A stretch of 64,000 nt of DNA from Octopus vulgaris (lineage: Eukaryota): assembly GCA_951406725.2 (NCBI GenBank), contig OX597823.1:5828001-5892000 (forward strand), read 5' to 3'. The translations under genes and the position numbers were made by a program. The notes beneath the pieces were generated by a model. It was not told where the DNA came from, made no database searches, and saw only the letters and a list, made by a program, of their open reading frames with translations. Below are positions 1 to 64,000 of this stretch, in pieces. Every line of letters begins with the position of its first letter. Position 1 is the stretch's first letter.

Positions 1-163
1 AGCACCCACTACACTCTTGGCATTAGGAAGGGCATCCAGCTGTAGAAACCTTATCGGATCAGACTGGAGCCTGGTGCAGCTTCTGGTTTGCCAGTCCTCG
101 GTCAAACCGCCCAACCCATCCCAGCATGGAAAGTGGATGTTAAATGACAATAATGATGGTGAT

Positions 164-198
<35 letters not shown>

Positions 199-404
199 CA
201 TACTTATAGATATATATACATATATATATACACAATGGGCTTCTTTCAGTTTCCATCTACCAAATTCACTCACAAGACCTTGGTTGGCCCAAGGCTATAG
301 TGGAGAACATTTCCCTTAGGTGCCACACCATGGGACTGAACCACACAGCCACCCCTGTACCTGTATATGTACATATATGAACTAATAATCTAGAAATGAT
401 ATGG

Positions 405-545
405 TTTGTATAAAGAACCAAAGACAGAGACAGGTGAGAGAACAACAAATATGGTGTATTTTTTTGACGCTCAGGGAAAGTGGAAGAAGCCTTTGGTGTT
501 TTGAGCCTACATGCGTCTACAGAAAGGAATGAGGAAAGAAAAAAG
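405..545 (-). mobile_element. Decayed copy of the CUGUNGA-motif repeat family
   Basis: gacgctcaggga...ttttgagcctacatgcgtctacagaaagg aligns with the 24871-25050 copy. Confidence 0.45.
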
Positions 546-894
546 AACATTTCTGGATCAACTGTTGCAGAGGCTGAATTGACCGGAAGGAAGGAAGTGT
601 CTGGAGACAAGGGTGACAAGGGAGAAATCAGTGACCTGGCTAAAAGGTGTGTGTATATGTGAAGTTAATGTGTGCTTGTGTATATGTGCGTATGGTTGAG
701 CACATGTGTGTGTGTGTGTGTGAGGATGAAGATTATGTGAGCGTGTATATGTGTATATGAGCATGTATGTGTGTGTATGAGAGAACATATATGTGTACAT
801 GTGTATGGGCCTGTGTGTGAGGCTATATATATATATTTGTTTGTTTGTACTCCACCTGCCTTCGTCTTTTGTTTATTTTCGTAAACCTTCCCGT

Positions 895-925
<31 letters not shown>

Positions 926-939
926 CCACAAGTTTTTTT

Positions 940-1098
940 TTATTCTCTCTCTCTTTATTTCTTTGTGTTCCTTTCTGTTGAAGAGCGTAGGCTCCAAACA
1001 TAAAAAACTTTCTCACCTTCCCAAGCGTCAAACTAATACACCTGTTTGTTGTTTATACACCTGTCTTCGTCTTTTGTTTTTCTGTAAATTTCAACTAC
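940..1098 (+). mobile_element. Copy of the CUGUNGA-motif repeat family (GAAA mutated to CAAA)
   Basis: ctttCTGTTGAagagcgtaggctccaaacat...ctaatacacctgtttg...cctgtcttcgtcttttg. Confidence 0.6.
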
Positions 1099-1099
1099 A

Positions 1100-1138
<39 letters not shown>

Positions 1139-1162
1139 ATATATATATATATATATATATAA

Positions 1163-1388
1163 GCTCTTTTACTCTTTACTTGTTTCAGTCATTTGACTGT
1201 GGCCATGCTGGAGCACCGCCTTTTTTTTAGTCGAGTAAATCGCCCCCAGGACTTATTCTTTGTAAGCTTAGTACTTACTCTATCGGTCTCTTTTGATGAG
1301 CCACTAAATTATGGGGACGTAAACACACCAGCATCAGTTGTCAAGCGATGTTGGGGGGACAAACGCAGACAGACAAACATATACACAC

Positions 1389-1451
<63 letters not shown>

Positions 1452-1743
1452 AAATGGGACAAGAACGCAAAATATCCAAATAGACGATACAAAAAACACA
1501 GACGGGTCATTCGAAGCCATTAATCTTTAGTCAAGAACTGGATCATTCTCGCAATTTCGGCTGATATATATATACATATATACGACAGGCTTCTCTCTGT
1601 TTCCGTCTACCAAATCCACTCACAAGGCTTTGGTCGGCCCGAGACCATAGTAGAAGACACTTACCCAAGGTGTCACGCAGTGGAACTGGACCCGGGACCA
1701 TGTTGTTTGTAAGCAAGCTACTTACCACACAGCCACTCCTATA
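1163..1743 (-). mobile_element. tRNA-derived SINE family A with central (TA)/(TG) microsatellite
   Basis: Head ggagtggctgtgtggtaag...ggtccagttcc (A/B boxes); tail gactgaaacaagtaaagag. Confidence 0.75.
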
Positions 1744-3244
1744 AAGCAATTAAGTAACAAGAATGTTCAGGTAATATCTTTGCTACTTATTTACTTTTTA
1801 TTCACCTAACTTCGGGCTGTGTGGACTATACCGAACTGGCTTGGTGCCTCAAGTTAAGTACTTGATTCAACTGGATCTTAATTATTTCTTTATACATATA
1901 CAGACATACACACACACACACACACACGATGATGATGATGATGATGATGATATATATATATATACAAACATATATGTACGTACCTACATCTATATGTTTA
2001 TATACATGCATATATGGGTACAGGACACCAAAAAAAACGTCGAACACAATGAGACTGCACCAGGCTCCAGTCTGATCTGGCAATGTTTCTACAGCTGGAT
2101 GCCCTTCCTAACACCAACCACTCCGTGAGTGTAGTGGGTGCTTTTTACGTGCCACCGGCACAGGTGCCAGGTAGGCTGGCAACGGCCACGATTGGTTGGT
2201 GCTTTTTATGTGCCACAGGCACGGAAGCCAGTCAATATATATATATAAATATAATGGCAATCCTTCAATATTGGTATATGGCATCAAATATGGCATCATT
2301 CTCTCACACAACTTTTCCTTGTGATATGAATAAAGAGGGTCGGCTGAGGAAGAGGGTGAATAACATTGTCTCCTCACACTGACACTCTGTAGACCAATAC
2401 TGAAAGAACATCATATATCACTCTTTGTTTCCTCGTTTTGCCCCTACCCCCCTCGCTTTTGTCTTTCCTCTGCCATCACTTCTGGCTCCCCCCCCCCCAC
2501 CTTCATCTCTTACAAATTCTATTTCTTCTCTTCACTTCCTAGCTAATTATTGCTTTCTTCCTCTCACTCCACCCCACTTTGTTTATATTTCTCCTTGCAA
2601 CCCTCCTCCTGCTTTCTCTCATTCATTAGTTCTCACTCTCTTTCACACTCTTTTCCTATCCCCCCATCCTCCTCTCTCTGATGTATCTGTCTTCCTCAGA
2701 TTCTCTCCCACTCTCTCTGTATCATCTTCTCCCTCCTCCTCCCTGTGTGTTCTGATTTCTCTCTCTCTCTAATAAAACCATAAAATGTTAAATGGTGCAT
2801 GAGAGACACTTTCCAAACATTCCGATCTTGTTACTTCACTCTTTTCTTTCTTTTGTTCTGCTTTTTTTTTTGCCTTTTGTTTACCATCTTTTACTATTAT
2901 TTTTTCCCCAGTTTTATAAGTTATTGTTGTTGTTATTGTGGTTGTTGCTATTCCGCATCCGGTCATCCATGATAAAACAAACATATGGCTCAAGGGATTC
3001 GCTCTGTCGCCATCACCAACCAATCATCTGTTTCATTTATTTTCATCTTTCCTTTTCTTGTTTCAATCGTTGGACTGTGGCCACACTGGGGCACTGGCTT
3101 GAAGAGTGTTAGTCAGACAGACCAACCCTGGTACTTGATTCTGTCAGTTTCTTTTGATAAACTGCTAACAGGGACATAAACAAACCAACACTGGTTGTTG
3201 AGCATTTAGAAGGTGGAACAAACACAGACATAAAGATACATGTA

Positions 3245-3329
<85 letters not shown>

Positions 3330-3539
3330 CTCTCTACATATGTATGTATATATAAATATATATATATATAAAAATTAGAAAAACACCACCTTTTATCAAT
3401 TCAAAATGAAAAATTAAATTACACCATCTAGAAAATTACATATAATAGAAATATTAAAAATAAAATAACAATAATATACCGATGATTAAGTAAAAATAAT
3501 ATATATATAAACGATGATGATAATGACGATATATATATA

Positions 3540-3776
3540 TTGGTTTGGTGCATAATTATTGCGGCCTTTTTTCTCAACAAATTTTATCCAACAAAAACAA
3601 TAACAACAGGTAAAAAGAACATCTTTAAATGATTATTCCGGAGCATATTCTCCATCTATCTTCAATTACTGCTTCCCATTTGCTTGGCAGACAGTCAGAC
3701 TGTCATTTAAAGATGTTTTTGTGAAATAGTGTTTTTTTTTGTTGAATAATATTTGTTGAAAAATGCACCAACCCAA
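3540..3776 (-). mobile_element. Internally deleted mariner element (MITE-like)
   Basis: TA|ttggtttggtgca...tgcaccaacccaa|TA terminal inverted repeats; minus-strand remnant LPSKWEAVIE resembles a mariner transposase C-terminus. Confidence 0.7.
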
Positions 3777-3801
3777 TATATATCTACACATGTATGTATG
3801 C

Positions 3802-3849
<48 letters not shown>

Positions 3850-3854
3850 TAGGA

Positions 3855-4253
3855 AGGTGCCGGTATGGCTGTGTGGTAAGAAGTTTGCTTCCCAACTACG
3901 TGGTTCAGGGTTCTCTCCCACAGTGTGGCACTTTGGGCAAGTCTCTTCTACTATATCCTTTAGCTCACCAAAGCCTTGTGAGTGGATTTGGAAGATGGAA
4001 ACTGAAAGAAGACCATCATGTGTGTGAGTGTGTGTGTAGGTTTGTGTCTGTGTTTGTCCCCCACCCTTGCTTGACAACCAGTGTTGGTTTGTTTATATCT
4101 CCATAACTTAGTACAGTTAGGTAAAAGACACAGATAGAATAAGCACCAGTCTTCAGAAGAAAAAAATAGTTTTGGGGTTGATTCATTCAACTAGAAAGTC
4201 TTCAAGGCAGTGCTCCAGCATGGCCACAGTCTAATGCCTGAAACAAGTAAAAG
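3855..4253 (+). mobile_element. tRNA-derived SINE family A
   Basis: tggctgtgtggtaag...ggaaactgaaagaag...gctccagcatggccacagtc...aacaagtaaaag. Confidence 0.75.
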
Positions 4254-6470
4254 ATGTGTGTGTGTGTGTATGTATGTATGCATGCACACTTAACAGGCTT
4301 CCACATAGTTTCCATCTATCAGATCTACTCTCAAGACATTGCAATCTGTTATAGTAGAAGGCACTTGCCTAAGGTGCTGTGCCTTGGGCATGAACCCATG
4401 CCATTGCAAAGCAAGCCTCTTAACTACACAGAAACTTAACTCTTATGAAACCTTTGCTTTCAGGCTATATTCGTTTCAGTGTCCATTTTTCTATGCCTAA
4501 GATGTAAAGGTGTGATTTGAAGAAGGTTTAACAACTATTTCTTGGAAACTAGATGACCACATAGAGGTTCCAGTTACTCTGCAGTTAAGGAATTTTAAAA
4601 AAATGAGACCAGAAGTGGCAAACGGTGAAATCCCATTTCATGAAGGGAACATAAAGAGAACTGGTAACTTCCCTCAATTTCATAAACAGTAGTCACATGC
4701 AGACTAGAGAAGGGCGATGGGTGCTTGCCATTCAGGTGACACATATGACACTAATGGTGCATTGTTTACCTGATATTTTCATGACCAGATGTGGTACCAC
4801 AGATTTAGGGATCAGCAGGGTGGGGGTGGTACTTATTCATGAATCTCATTTCATGCATCAGTGATTTATGTTTTCCCTGTCATTGTGATTGTTTTCACCT
4901 GCCCCTCCCCCCACTCCCCCAGATTCTCATTCTTGAGGTATTGTCTACCTGTCTGCTTCTCTTTCTGCCCATCTTTTATAACCTCTGCTTCTGTTACTTA
5001 AACCATATTGTCCTCTCCCTGTGTGTCTATTCATCTGTCCTTCTGGTGGTCATTTTAACTGTTTTCCTCTGTCTGTCTGTCTGTCGGTTTAGATCAGGAA
5101 TCGGCAGTCATTGCAGTGTTGAATGGAATGATGTGGACTTTTTAGTTCTCATTCTCTGTTCTTTGAGTGAGTTCAAATCTTGCTGAGGTTAAAGTTTGTC
5201 TTTCATCTCTCTGGGGTGATAAATGAAGTACCAATCAAGTACTAGGGTTGATTTCTCTCTCTCCCCCCTTCATGCTCGTTCTATCTATCTATCTTCACTC
5301 CTTCCTTCCTCCCTCCTACCCACCCACCATGAGAAAGGGGACCTCTCTCGTATTGTCATTATCTCAAGAAGTGGAAGATTGAACGAGGGGCCAGCAATGT
5401 CTTCTCACAGAAAAACAGATCATTTTTGGAACCAGATGCTCCAGCTTGAAGAAAAGAAGTCCCTCTCTATTTGTGTTGCTTGTCTTGTCTCTTTAGGTAT
5501 CAGTCTGTCCACCAATCCATCAACTGTCGAGGTGTCAGACATGGCCTGGGGGTCAGATACAATCAATGACTATATCTAGTTCAGCTGCTGGTTTAATTTT
5601 ATATAAAAAAAAAATTTGTATTATCTTTTAATTTCAAAATATTCTGTGAAATACATATTGCTAGCATTTGTTCAGACTTGCAGCTTGACTATAGTCGTGA
5701 TTAAAACTGGTTCAGATTAGTCAAGTTAGTACATCTTAGATGCACTAATCAGTGCAGTCTTTTGTTACCTCAGTCAAGTAAAAAGACGTTTATGAATTCA
5801 TAAACTAAAAGATGTGACCTATTTCTCCATTACTTTGTCTATACATGTCAAGCCAAACAAGTGAAAGTTTTTTTTTTTTTTCCACATTTGTGCATTGATT
5901 CATCCTTTTGCATCTTAGCAATATGAATGAGATTGAAATATTTTGCAGCTGAAACAGTAGGAACTTTCTATCAAGCATTGGTCTTCTTAGGAACTCTGTA
6001 TATTCGTTTGGACAATTTCTGTCTCTGTTGGCATTAAGGAAGGACATTTAGCCATAGAAACCATGCCAGAGCTGACACTGAGACCTGACACAGCTCTGCA
6101 GTTTGTTGGACCCTATCAAATGGTCCAACCCATGCCAGCGAGGAAAATGGGTGTTAAGTGGTGATGGTGATGTTCTCACTTTAATTGCTTAACAGGACTG
6201 TACTGTATATATAAAGAATTTTTTTCCTATGCATCACTGCACACAAATTTTTTAACACCTCATATTCTTTCCCTCTTGTTTTATTGTAAATAAAATTGTT
6301 GAAGGAAGTGAGTGACCAATTTGGTTAGTGTCCAAGGTGGTCCCAACCCATTTTACATCATTGAAACAGTGGTGGCTTTCAATCAAACATTGGTTTTTCT
6401 TCAGAATTGTATGCATTCATTTAGACAATTTCTAAAGGTTCTCACTCTTAGAACTCTTACTTAACAAGAT

Positions 6471-6544
<74 letters not shown>

Positions 6545-8277
6545 AAATACAAAAGGAGTAAAAATATACACCATGTGGCAAAATTATGAGTTGAAAGTAT
6601 GTGGAAAATATATATATATATATATAAAGTGAAGGAAAGGGGCTTAGTGGTTAGGGCATTTGGCTCACACTTGTAAGGTCATAAGTTCAATTCCCAGCAA
6701 CGTGTTGTGTCCTTGAGCAAGACACTTTATTTCACATTGCCCCAGTCCACTCAGCTGGCAAAAATGAGTAGTACCTGTATTTCAAAAGGGCCAGCCTTGT
6801 CACACCCTGTGTCATGCTGAATCTCCCTGAGAACAATGTTAAGGGTACATGTGTCTGTGGAGTGCTCAGGTTTATCAATAATTTCCTTCTTAAATTCATT
6901 GTCAGTTTTTTCTTCTTCTCAGCACTTTCCTTTGCACTAACCTTCTCAGGACCCATGGCTAACACAACTAATTATTATAAAATGATAGCAAAAACTGCAC
7001 AAAACTACAAAAAAAAAAAACCACTGGGAAAACACAACAGGGATGCTGCCATAATGAGATGAACATGAGAATTGAGTGAGCGGCGGCTGTGCTTGTTGGG
7101 AGAGTATGTGTGAGCTCAGTGCTGACTAGAGGTTGCTTGTATGAAACTCACTCATACTGTGGATTACCATTCGTACACCAAGACAAAAATTGGCAAGAGC
7201 CTCAGCTCATAGAGCAAATGACTCGTAAAATGGTGCACTCGCACTGCGAGGTTCTACTGCAGTGTTTTTAGGAATAATTGTACCTATCCAAGCACCAAGA
7301 TCTAGTTCATGCTTCAATCTGGAGACCAACAAAGTCAAACAAGTTTGACACCCCTTCGTATACACTCTTATCTTGTATTTGTCTTTGTAAAGTCATACTA
7401 ATCGACTGATCTGTCTTCTATAATCATTTGTCCATATATAGTAAAAATCACCCCCCACCCCCACCCCCATACTAAATACCTTGTGTTTATATTTCTCTGA
7501 CACTAATCTTCATGTATGACCTGAATTCGTTTTAATCCTAATCTTGTTTACACACTCTGCCAAACCCCTGTTGACATTGTTTTTGTTTTTGATACACCAC
7601 AAAGTAACCCATTCACCGAGAACCCTGAAACATAATGCCAACCTACCATCATTTCCATGACAGTCTCCTCTGTTGCCACTCACCGTTATTATTACTAATG
7701 CCAAAGGAATTCCAATTATGACTATCCAGTCTTTATTTCAGATATATTGTATTTGGGATCCTGGCATCCAGAGTATGTTCTTACCGTTTTCTAAGACAGT
7801 TGGGTGTGCTATTATATGAGGTCTAGCAACCCATTTAGGACCATCATGTGTTGAGGTTTCTTAGTGTTGATAATGTGCTTACATGTTTGCAAGCGCCATA
7901 TGACTTAGAATAAATACACCTTTGAACAAACAGAGCTTGGTGCTTGATGCTTGGTGGACAAACCCTGCTCTCTCATTCCAATACATTGTTGGTAGAAATA
8001 GTTGACCCAAAATTAACCAAAAAAGTCAATTAGCAAAATCAAAAGAAATTCTTCTGTGTAAATGCGGTTCGTATGTTAATATTATTTTAAACTGCTAAAT
8101 ACTCTAATGACTAATGTCTAAATGAAATTATGTGGTTAGGTTGCGTTCTGTGTGGGAAAGTAATCTCTCAACTATATAACCAATGTTTAACAATGTTTAA
8201 TCATTAAAATCTGAAAGAATTGCTTTGTTAGGTACTCGGGAGTGTGTGAAAGTATTTTCTCTAATATGTCATCCTCG

Positions 8278-8325
<48 letters not shown>

Positions 8326-8949
8326 CTGTTTTAGCATTGACTTTTCCATGCTTGCATGAGTCACATGGCAGATTTTCTGTGACCAAATGTCCTGTGACCT
8401 GTGTCTCAGCAAAATAATGACATTTCCCCATGGTTGCACGTGTTTCCACAGAAAATTGGAAAAAAATGAAACTACCTCTGTGATGGTGATGCTTATTTAC
8501 AAAACTGTTTCGCAGTGTCAAGACAAGGAGACACAAACTAGCACCCACTCACACACGCATACAATGTACATACATGTACACATGACAGGCTTCTTTCAGT
8601 TTCCACCTACAACATACACTCACAAGGCTTTGGTTGTCATGGGGCTATAGTAGAAAATGCCCAGGGTGCTACACAATGGGATTGAACTCATAACCACATG
8701 GTTGGGAAGCAGACTTCTTAACAACACAGCCACACCTGTATCTATTTCTGCAATATATCTGATCACTAGTATTTAAATATATTTTACTTTACTAACTGTT
8801 ATAGCTACCAATATATGAGAGCTGTTCTGTTGCTAAATACCTTGGTGTGTTAATATAGTTCATTTGCTCTCAGAGTCACCAATATTTATACGAAATGGTG
8901 TTATGTATCTACAGATAAACATATTTCCAATTCTTAGTCTTACCTCTTC

Positions 8950-9270
8950 TCATCCTCATTGATGAGGTTTGGAAGACTGGATGCATCATCTCTTTCCATC
9001 AATTCCTGGCCCTGGTCATGGTTGTGCATTCAGCCAAAGGTTTTCCAGTCCATTTTTTGATGCCATCCAGCCATCGTTTCCTCGGTTTTTCCCATTCTTT
9101 GTTTCCCGTTGACTCTTCTCTCTACGATGTGAGTTCTAAGGTTCTGCTGGCCCTGATGACATCTTCAAAACACAGCAGCTTTCTCGCTTTCTCTTTCTGT
9201 TCTCATTTCATCAAAGAACTGACTCATTGCTTTAATGGTCAGTCCAGATGATCTTCAGTATTCTTCTAAT
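8950..9270 (-). mobile_element. Decayed RTE/BovB-like LINE fragment
   Basis: Minus strand encodes KPRKRWLDGIKKWTG, like the RTE C-terminal GRxRxRWLDGI motif. Confidence 0.55.
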
Positions 9271-9870
9271 GTATTTAATTTTGTGTGTGTGATGTGATTT
9301 TGTATACCTTCATATCACTCTCAATGTATGACATGTTGAATTCACTAAAATCCATGTCCCTGACAACAAATTAACTTTAAAAAAAAACAACAAACAAACA
9401 TAAAAAAAAGAAATGGAGCAGTCTTATATTTTGCTTTGTAATGATTGATGGAAAATGTTGGTCTTTCTGTAACGAAAGTAGTTTGTGTAATGACTGAGAT
9501 AGCAGTGTGTATTCACATAAGAAACCAGTGGAGCAAACAGACACTGGATAAAAACAGTGTCACTCAGTTTGTTTGTGTTGTAGTTGAATATGATTAGTGG
9601 TGGGAGGAGGAGGAGGAAGGACAAAGAAGAAGTCTTCCTTCATTTGGCAAAAGGCCAGAAATTTGTTTGTTTGAGATAAACAACAAATTTACGTATTATA
9701 ATGTTTCTGTTAATTCAGTTTCTGAGAGTCATCATTTTCTTAGAATGATGACAATGATTATGATAATGATGGTGATGATGACAACGATGGCAATTATACC
9801 ACCACCACCACCACTGCTACTGGTGGTAATGGTGTTGATGATAGTGGTGGTGGTGGTGGTAGTGTTGTTG

Positions 9871-9902
<32 letters not shown>

Positions 9903-11523
9903 AGCAGTGGTATAATGATGTTAATGGCCTACATTTAGTCTGGTTGCAACTCCAGGGGTTCTTTTTGCTCCCAAAGTATTTTAGTTTCCATTGTATTATA
10001 ATAATCAATGAAGGGTTTGTGTGTGTGGAAGTTGTTGGGATGATGTGTTTGCTAATTTGGTTTTGATTAGTTTTACTGTGTGGCAAAGATGCTGCTGTTT
10101 AGTCTGAGATCAGTCTTGATCCAGTAGAGGTCTTTGATCAGAGACATTCTAGCCATGACCATCACTTATTTTCAGAGTGGATTTGATTGATGGAAACTGA
10201 AAGAATCCCATTGCATATATGTATGAGTATATACGTGTATGTGTGTGTGTGTGCGTGTGTGTGTGTGTGTTATGTCAGGTCACCTTTAGTACTACTCAAA
10301 GGATCAAAGATCCTAGGTCCTTCCTAAACCATCAGCTCATAAGGCTGGTTTTCTGGATTCTGTGGCATATATGTTCCCCACTGGATGAGATGCTGGTCAG
10401 TTGCAGAATTACTCATTTTTGCCAGCTGAGTGGACTGGATAAATGCGAAATGAAGTGTTTTGCTCAAGAATGCCACGCATCACCTAGTCCGGGAATTGAA
10501 ACCACAATCAATATGATCATGAGTACAGCACCCTAACCGCTAAACCATGCATGCCCGCTACTTAGTACCATGTAAAACAGTGCTACAACCTGTTTCACCT
10601 AAACTGGCAACCTTAGCAACCGTCTTGGTAAGGAGGATGGTTTCCATTGGATACCCTGCAGGATGAAAGACAAAACCTGTCAAAGGACATTTGAACTCAA
10701 TAGGGCTGAAAGACATGCTTCTGAAATAAATACCTGCCTCATTGCAAGGCCAGAGATGTTGCTCTTGTTTGTTTCTGGACTCTTGGCCCTTTTTCTTAGG
10801 TGGGAGTCTGAATGGTATTGTGCAAACTGTTATTGGCTTTAAATTTCAGCACAGACATTGATAATGGCTGTTGTCTAGGATAACGTCCAACATCTAGGAA
10901 TAAGATAATTTGTTAGTGTTGGTCATATTTGTCTTCACGAGTTCACAGTCACCATATTTGTGTGTGTATGTGTGTCTGCGCATGTTTCACCTTCTTTTGA
11001 TATCATGTGATACTCCTAAATGATAACACAAACATCTTCTTCATACAAGTGATGTTGTTTGCCTCCAATCTTCTGGGAATGATGTGCCTAGCCTAGAGAA
11101 CTATTACCTTGCTTGGAAACAGTTGAGGGTTGATTGCAGAAAGGGCATCCAACTGTAGACAATCTGCCTCAATAAACTCCATCTGACCAATGCAAGCTTG
11201 GTAAAAAGAAAATTAAAATGATGGTATAGGACTATTTCTGTAGAAAACATGGTCAGAGAAAGAATTCAAGATGTCTTCAGCTGAGAAAGGAATGAATTGA
11301 TTGGGCAAAGTGTTTGGTGTAGATCCAGGGGATAGGGGTTGAGTGACTTAAGGGGAAGAGACATGGACACAGAGGATGGAGTAAGGTGTATGGAAAAGGA
11401 ACAAAGTCCTTCATTTATTGAGATGAAGAAGCAGTGATAAAATTGGATGGCATGGACATTTTCTGTAATTATATATTAAAGAAATGACTTTGCATAGGAA
11501 TTGAAACTTGGCTGTAGATGAAT

Positions 11524-11618
11524 TTCTTCTTCTTCTTCTTCTTCTTCTTCTTCTTCTTCTTCTTCTTCTTCTTCTTCTTCTTCTCATCATCACCATCATC
11601 CTGTTGCTGCTGCTGCTG

Positions 11619-11677
<59 letters not shown>
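11524..11677. repeat. Compound trinucleotide microsatellite (TTC)n-(CAT)-(CTG)n-(CTA)n
   Basis: Seen directly. Confidence 0.95.
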
Positions 11678-11678
<1 letters not shown>

Positions 11679-13041
11679 GTTGGCATCATTCACTCCACCC
11701 CAACCATTGCCACCACTATAATTTTTATGTTGTTGAAGTGTGTGTGTGTGTGTGTGTGAATGTGTGTGTATGTTTTGGGATCCTGTATTGAAATCTTGTC
11801 TTTTTCTTTTTCCCCTTTGTCATGCTAATTGGTCTTGTGTTCCCCTTTTTAATGTGTCTTGTTTATCCTGTGTTTGGCTTGTCTCTGGCCATTAGTCCGA
11901 ACATTGGAAATACATTAGTAATAGGAAGAAATTAAAAGTAAAATAAAGCCAAAACCACAACAACAATATTATTTCATTAACCAGTTCAATGTATTATTAT
12001 TATTATTGTTGTTATTATTATTGTTGTTGTTGTTGTTATTGTTATTACTTACAGAGGAATTCATCAGTGTTTTTATGTTGTTTGGTTTTTTCAATTTTTT
12101 TTGCTGTTTGTTTTTATTTCATCAATGGATATTGTGGTAATGGATGCTTTTGGTAGAACATCCGACTCTGCTGATAATGACATCTTGTAGTTTGGTCCCT
12201 GGAACTACAACTACTATTACTACTACTGCCATTAGGTTTCCTCCTCCTCCTCTTACTCCACTTCTTCCTCTTCTTCTTTCTCTTCCTACTTCACCTTGTT
12301 TTTTCTACTTATTTTCTTCCTCCTCTTCTTCTTCCACTTCTGCCTCCCTTCTTTTCCCTCTCCTCCTCATGGTCCCCTCTTTCTTTCCCTCCTCCTCATC
12401 CTGGGCGTGTTGTTATTTAGCCCCGTTTCAGCTCAAGTGAAGAAGATCTGTCATCAAAGACTTTCCATCAGTGATTCCCCCTCCTTAGTACTTGCCTGGC
12501 TACTTTATTTATCAACCCCAAAATAATAAAAATGCAAAGTTGATCCGAGGATCAAAAACTGCCAGGCATTTTCCCCAATATTCTACCAATTATGCTTGTT
12601 CTCCATCTTATTAGCCTCAAGGACACAAGAAAGATAAAATACAATGTGCATTGTACTGGAGACCTACAGACGTGTGTGGGCTGCAACAGATGAATTGGAT
12701 AAAGATGAACCAATGGTGGAGAAGAACCAACTATTAGAACCATGTCACATTGCATTTTCAGTCTGCTAAGGACATAAATTCTTATCTCTTCTGAAAGCTT
12801 TAGTGCTTGAATCATTGTTGCAGAGTTTAGCAAGAAACTTGTTCTGTTCTGGATTCTTCCCATCAAGGATATCGTGAGGCAGCAAGTAGGATTTACACAG
12901 CAGTTCTGCAAATCACAGAAAAACCTTTACCATACTCTCACAGACAGTATTCAACCATCCTATGTATACATTAAACTGAAAGACACCAAAGAGGTGACTG
13001 AATAACTTTGGAATTATTCAAGAACTAATGAGTGTGCGCAC

Positions 13042-13118
<77 letters not shown>

Positions 13119-14446
13119 TGCGTGTGTGCGCATGTTTTGGTGTTTTTGATTAATGACATAATTTGAGTCGCCATGTCACTCCTCTAAAGCAAAAAACTTG
13201 TTCTGTTTTGGCCCCTTCTTTCATACCCCTCATCCCCTAGCATAAAGCCACCTTTCTCTCTATTGCAACCACCCTATATCAAAGGGGATCATAGTCTTGT
13301 TAGTTACATGGTAACATCACCAGTACTGGTTCCACAAGTAAAAGAGCACATAGTACACCCTGCAAAGTGGTTGGCATTAGGAAGGACGTCCAGCCATAGA
13401 AACCATGCTAAAGCAGGCATGGGTGCACCAAGCATTCCTTGGACCCATTGAATCCTTTCAAATTGTTCTGCCAGCATGGAGCATTGACATTAGATGACGA
13501 TGATGAGGAGGATGATATCCTGCTGGAACTGAGTCACAGGTGAGCCCTGTGTAACATGTGTGAGTGTGATGCCACCATCTTCGTGTTGTACATGTTGGAA
13601 ATTGAGGAAAATGGTCAGCACCATTCTGGGGAAGTCCCAGAAAGTAATGAAACTATACCATTAACTAGGACAAGTTGATGAGACTGGTGGAATTGCCACT
13701 CAACCCCTAGAGTGTTGAAAAATTACCTTCCGATATTTTTCTGATTTTTTTACATTCTGAATTCAACTTATGTTTACTTTTCCTCCTTTCAGGTTCAATA
13801 AAATAAAGGACCAGTCAAGTACTGGGGCTATTGGTACCTTCTAACCTCTCCTCTAAAAATTGCTGGCCTTGTGTCTAAATTAGAAAGACTTATTATTGTT
13901 ACTTGTATGATTCAGGACGGCCAACTTAAACGATTTGGTCAAGTTGCTCAATTTTCTGAGTTGGACCCTGTGTATTGTGTCCTCTTCTCTGAGGACCTGA
14001 TTGGAATGGCAGCTTGTGTTGGTCAGCCATATGGTCACAATAGATGAGGAAGTATTTCATAGAGATGGGAGCTGATTGGGGCATTCCTTAGTGGGCTACC
14101 TGGATGACCCAAGCTGATAATGACAAATGGTGGATGCAACAAAGTGCTGCAACAGTGCAAGGCCCCATATCTGACCTCGTTATCATTATGGTAAAGCTTG
14201 TGTATAGCAGAGTTGGTAGAGTGCTGGAGAAAATATCTTGCAATATTTAGTTACACCCCTTCGCATTCTGATTTCTAATCTTAGAGTTTGGATTTTCATT
14301 CTCCCGGGGCTTCAGTTAGAATAAGTACTGCACACATACTTGAATGAGTATACATTTGAAAATGTCTGGCCTTGTGCCAAGTCTAAGAAATATTCTTAAT
14401 GAAAATGAATTAATTTGTATTTTTGTTGTTGTTTGCAGGAAGTGTC

Positions 14447-63955
<49,509 letters not shown>

Positions 63956-64000
63956 GTATGTTCTTGCAGACCCTATTTTTACAGGATTCCATAGATAAAC

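Noticed and set aside
12552-12911. 119-aa minus-strand ORF in non-repetitive sequence
   Set aside because: No recognisable motif or splice structure; cannot be supported without a homology search.

Overview
Eukaryotic, AT-rich, microsatellite-dense genomic DNA. The SINE/LINE repertoire and repeat density point to an octopod cephalopod (Octopus sp.; inferred from recall). One protein-coding gene is supported: a + strand LAP1-family (Erbin/Densin-180/LRRC7-like) leucine-rich-repeat gene. Its first 13 coding exons (14447-63955) splice in frame with GT-AG introns to about 507 aa (LRRs plus LAPSDa/b) and run off the right end of the window. Almost all other ORFs in the track are microsatellite artefacts. 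Introns and flanks contain tRNA-derived SINEs, RTE-LINE 3' ends with (GAT)n tails, mariner remnants, Tc1/hAT/Tigger-type MITEs and Helitrons. The most notable observation is a set of non-coding intronic elements carrying minimal type-I hammerhead ribozyme motifs. (a) A retrozyme/Penelope-like family at 22.4-22.9 kb and 48.8-49.4 kb has a compensatory U3-A8 core (UUGAUAA), rod-like flanking pairing, a 354-nt permuted unit, inverted arms and a 14-bp target duplication. (b) A second family with a CUGUNGA core occurs in four copies. All ribozyme calls come from by-eye folding and are untested.
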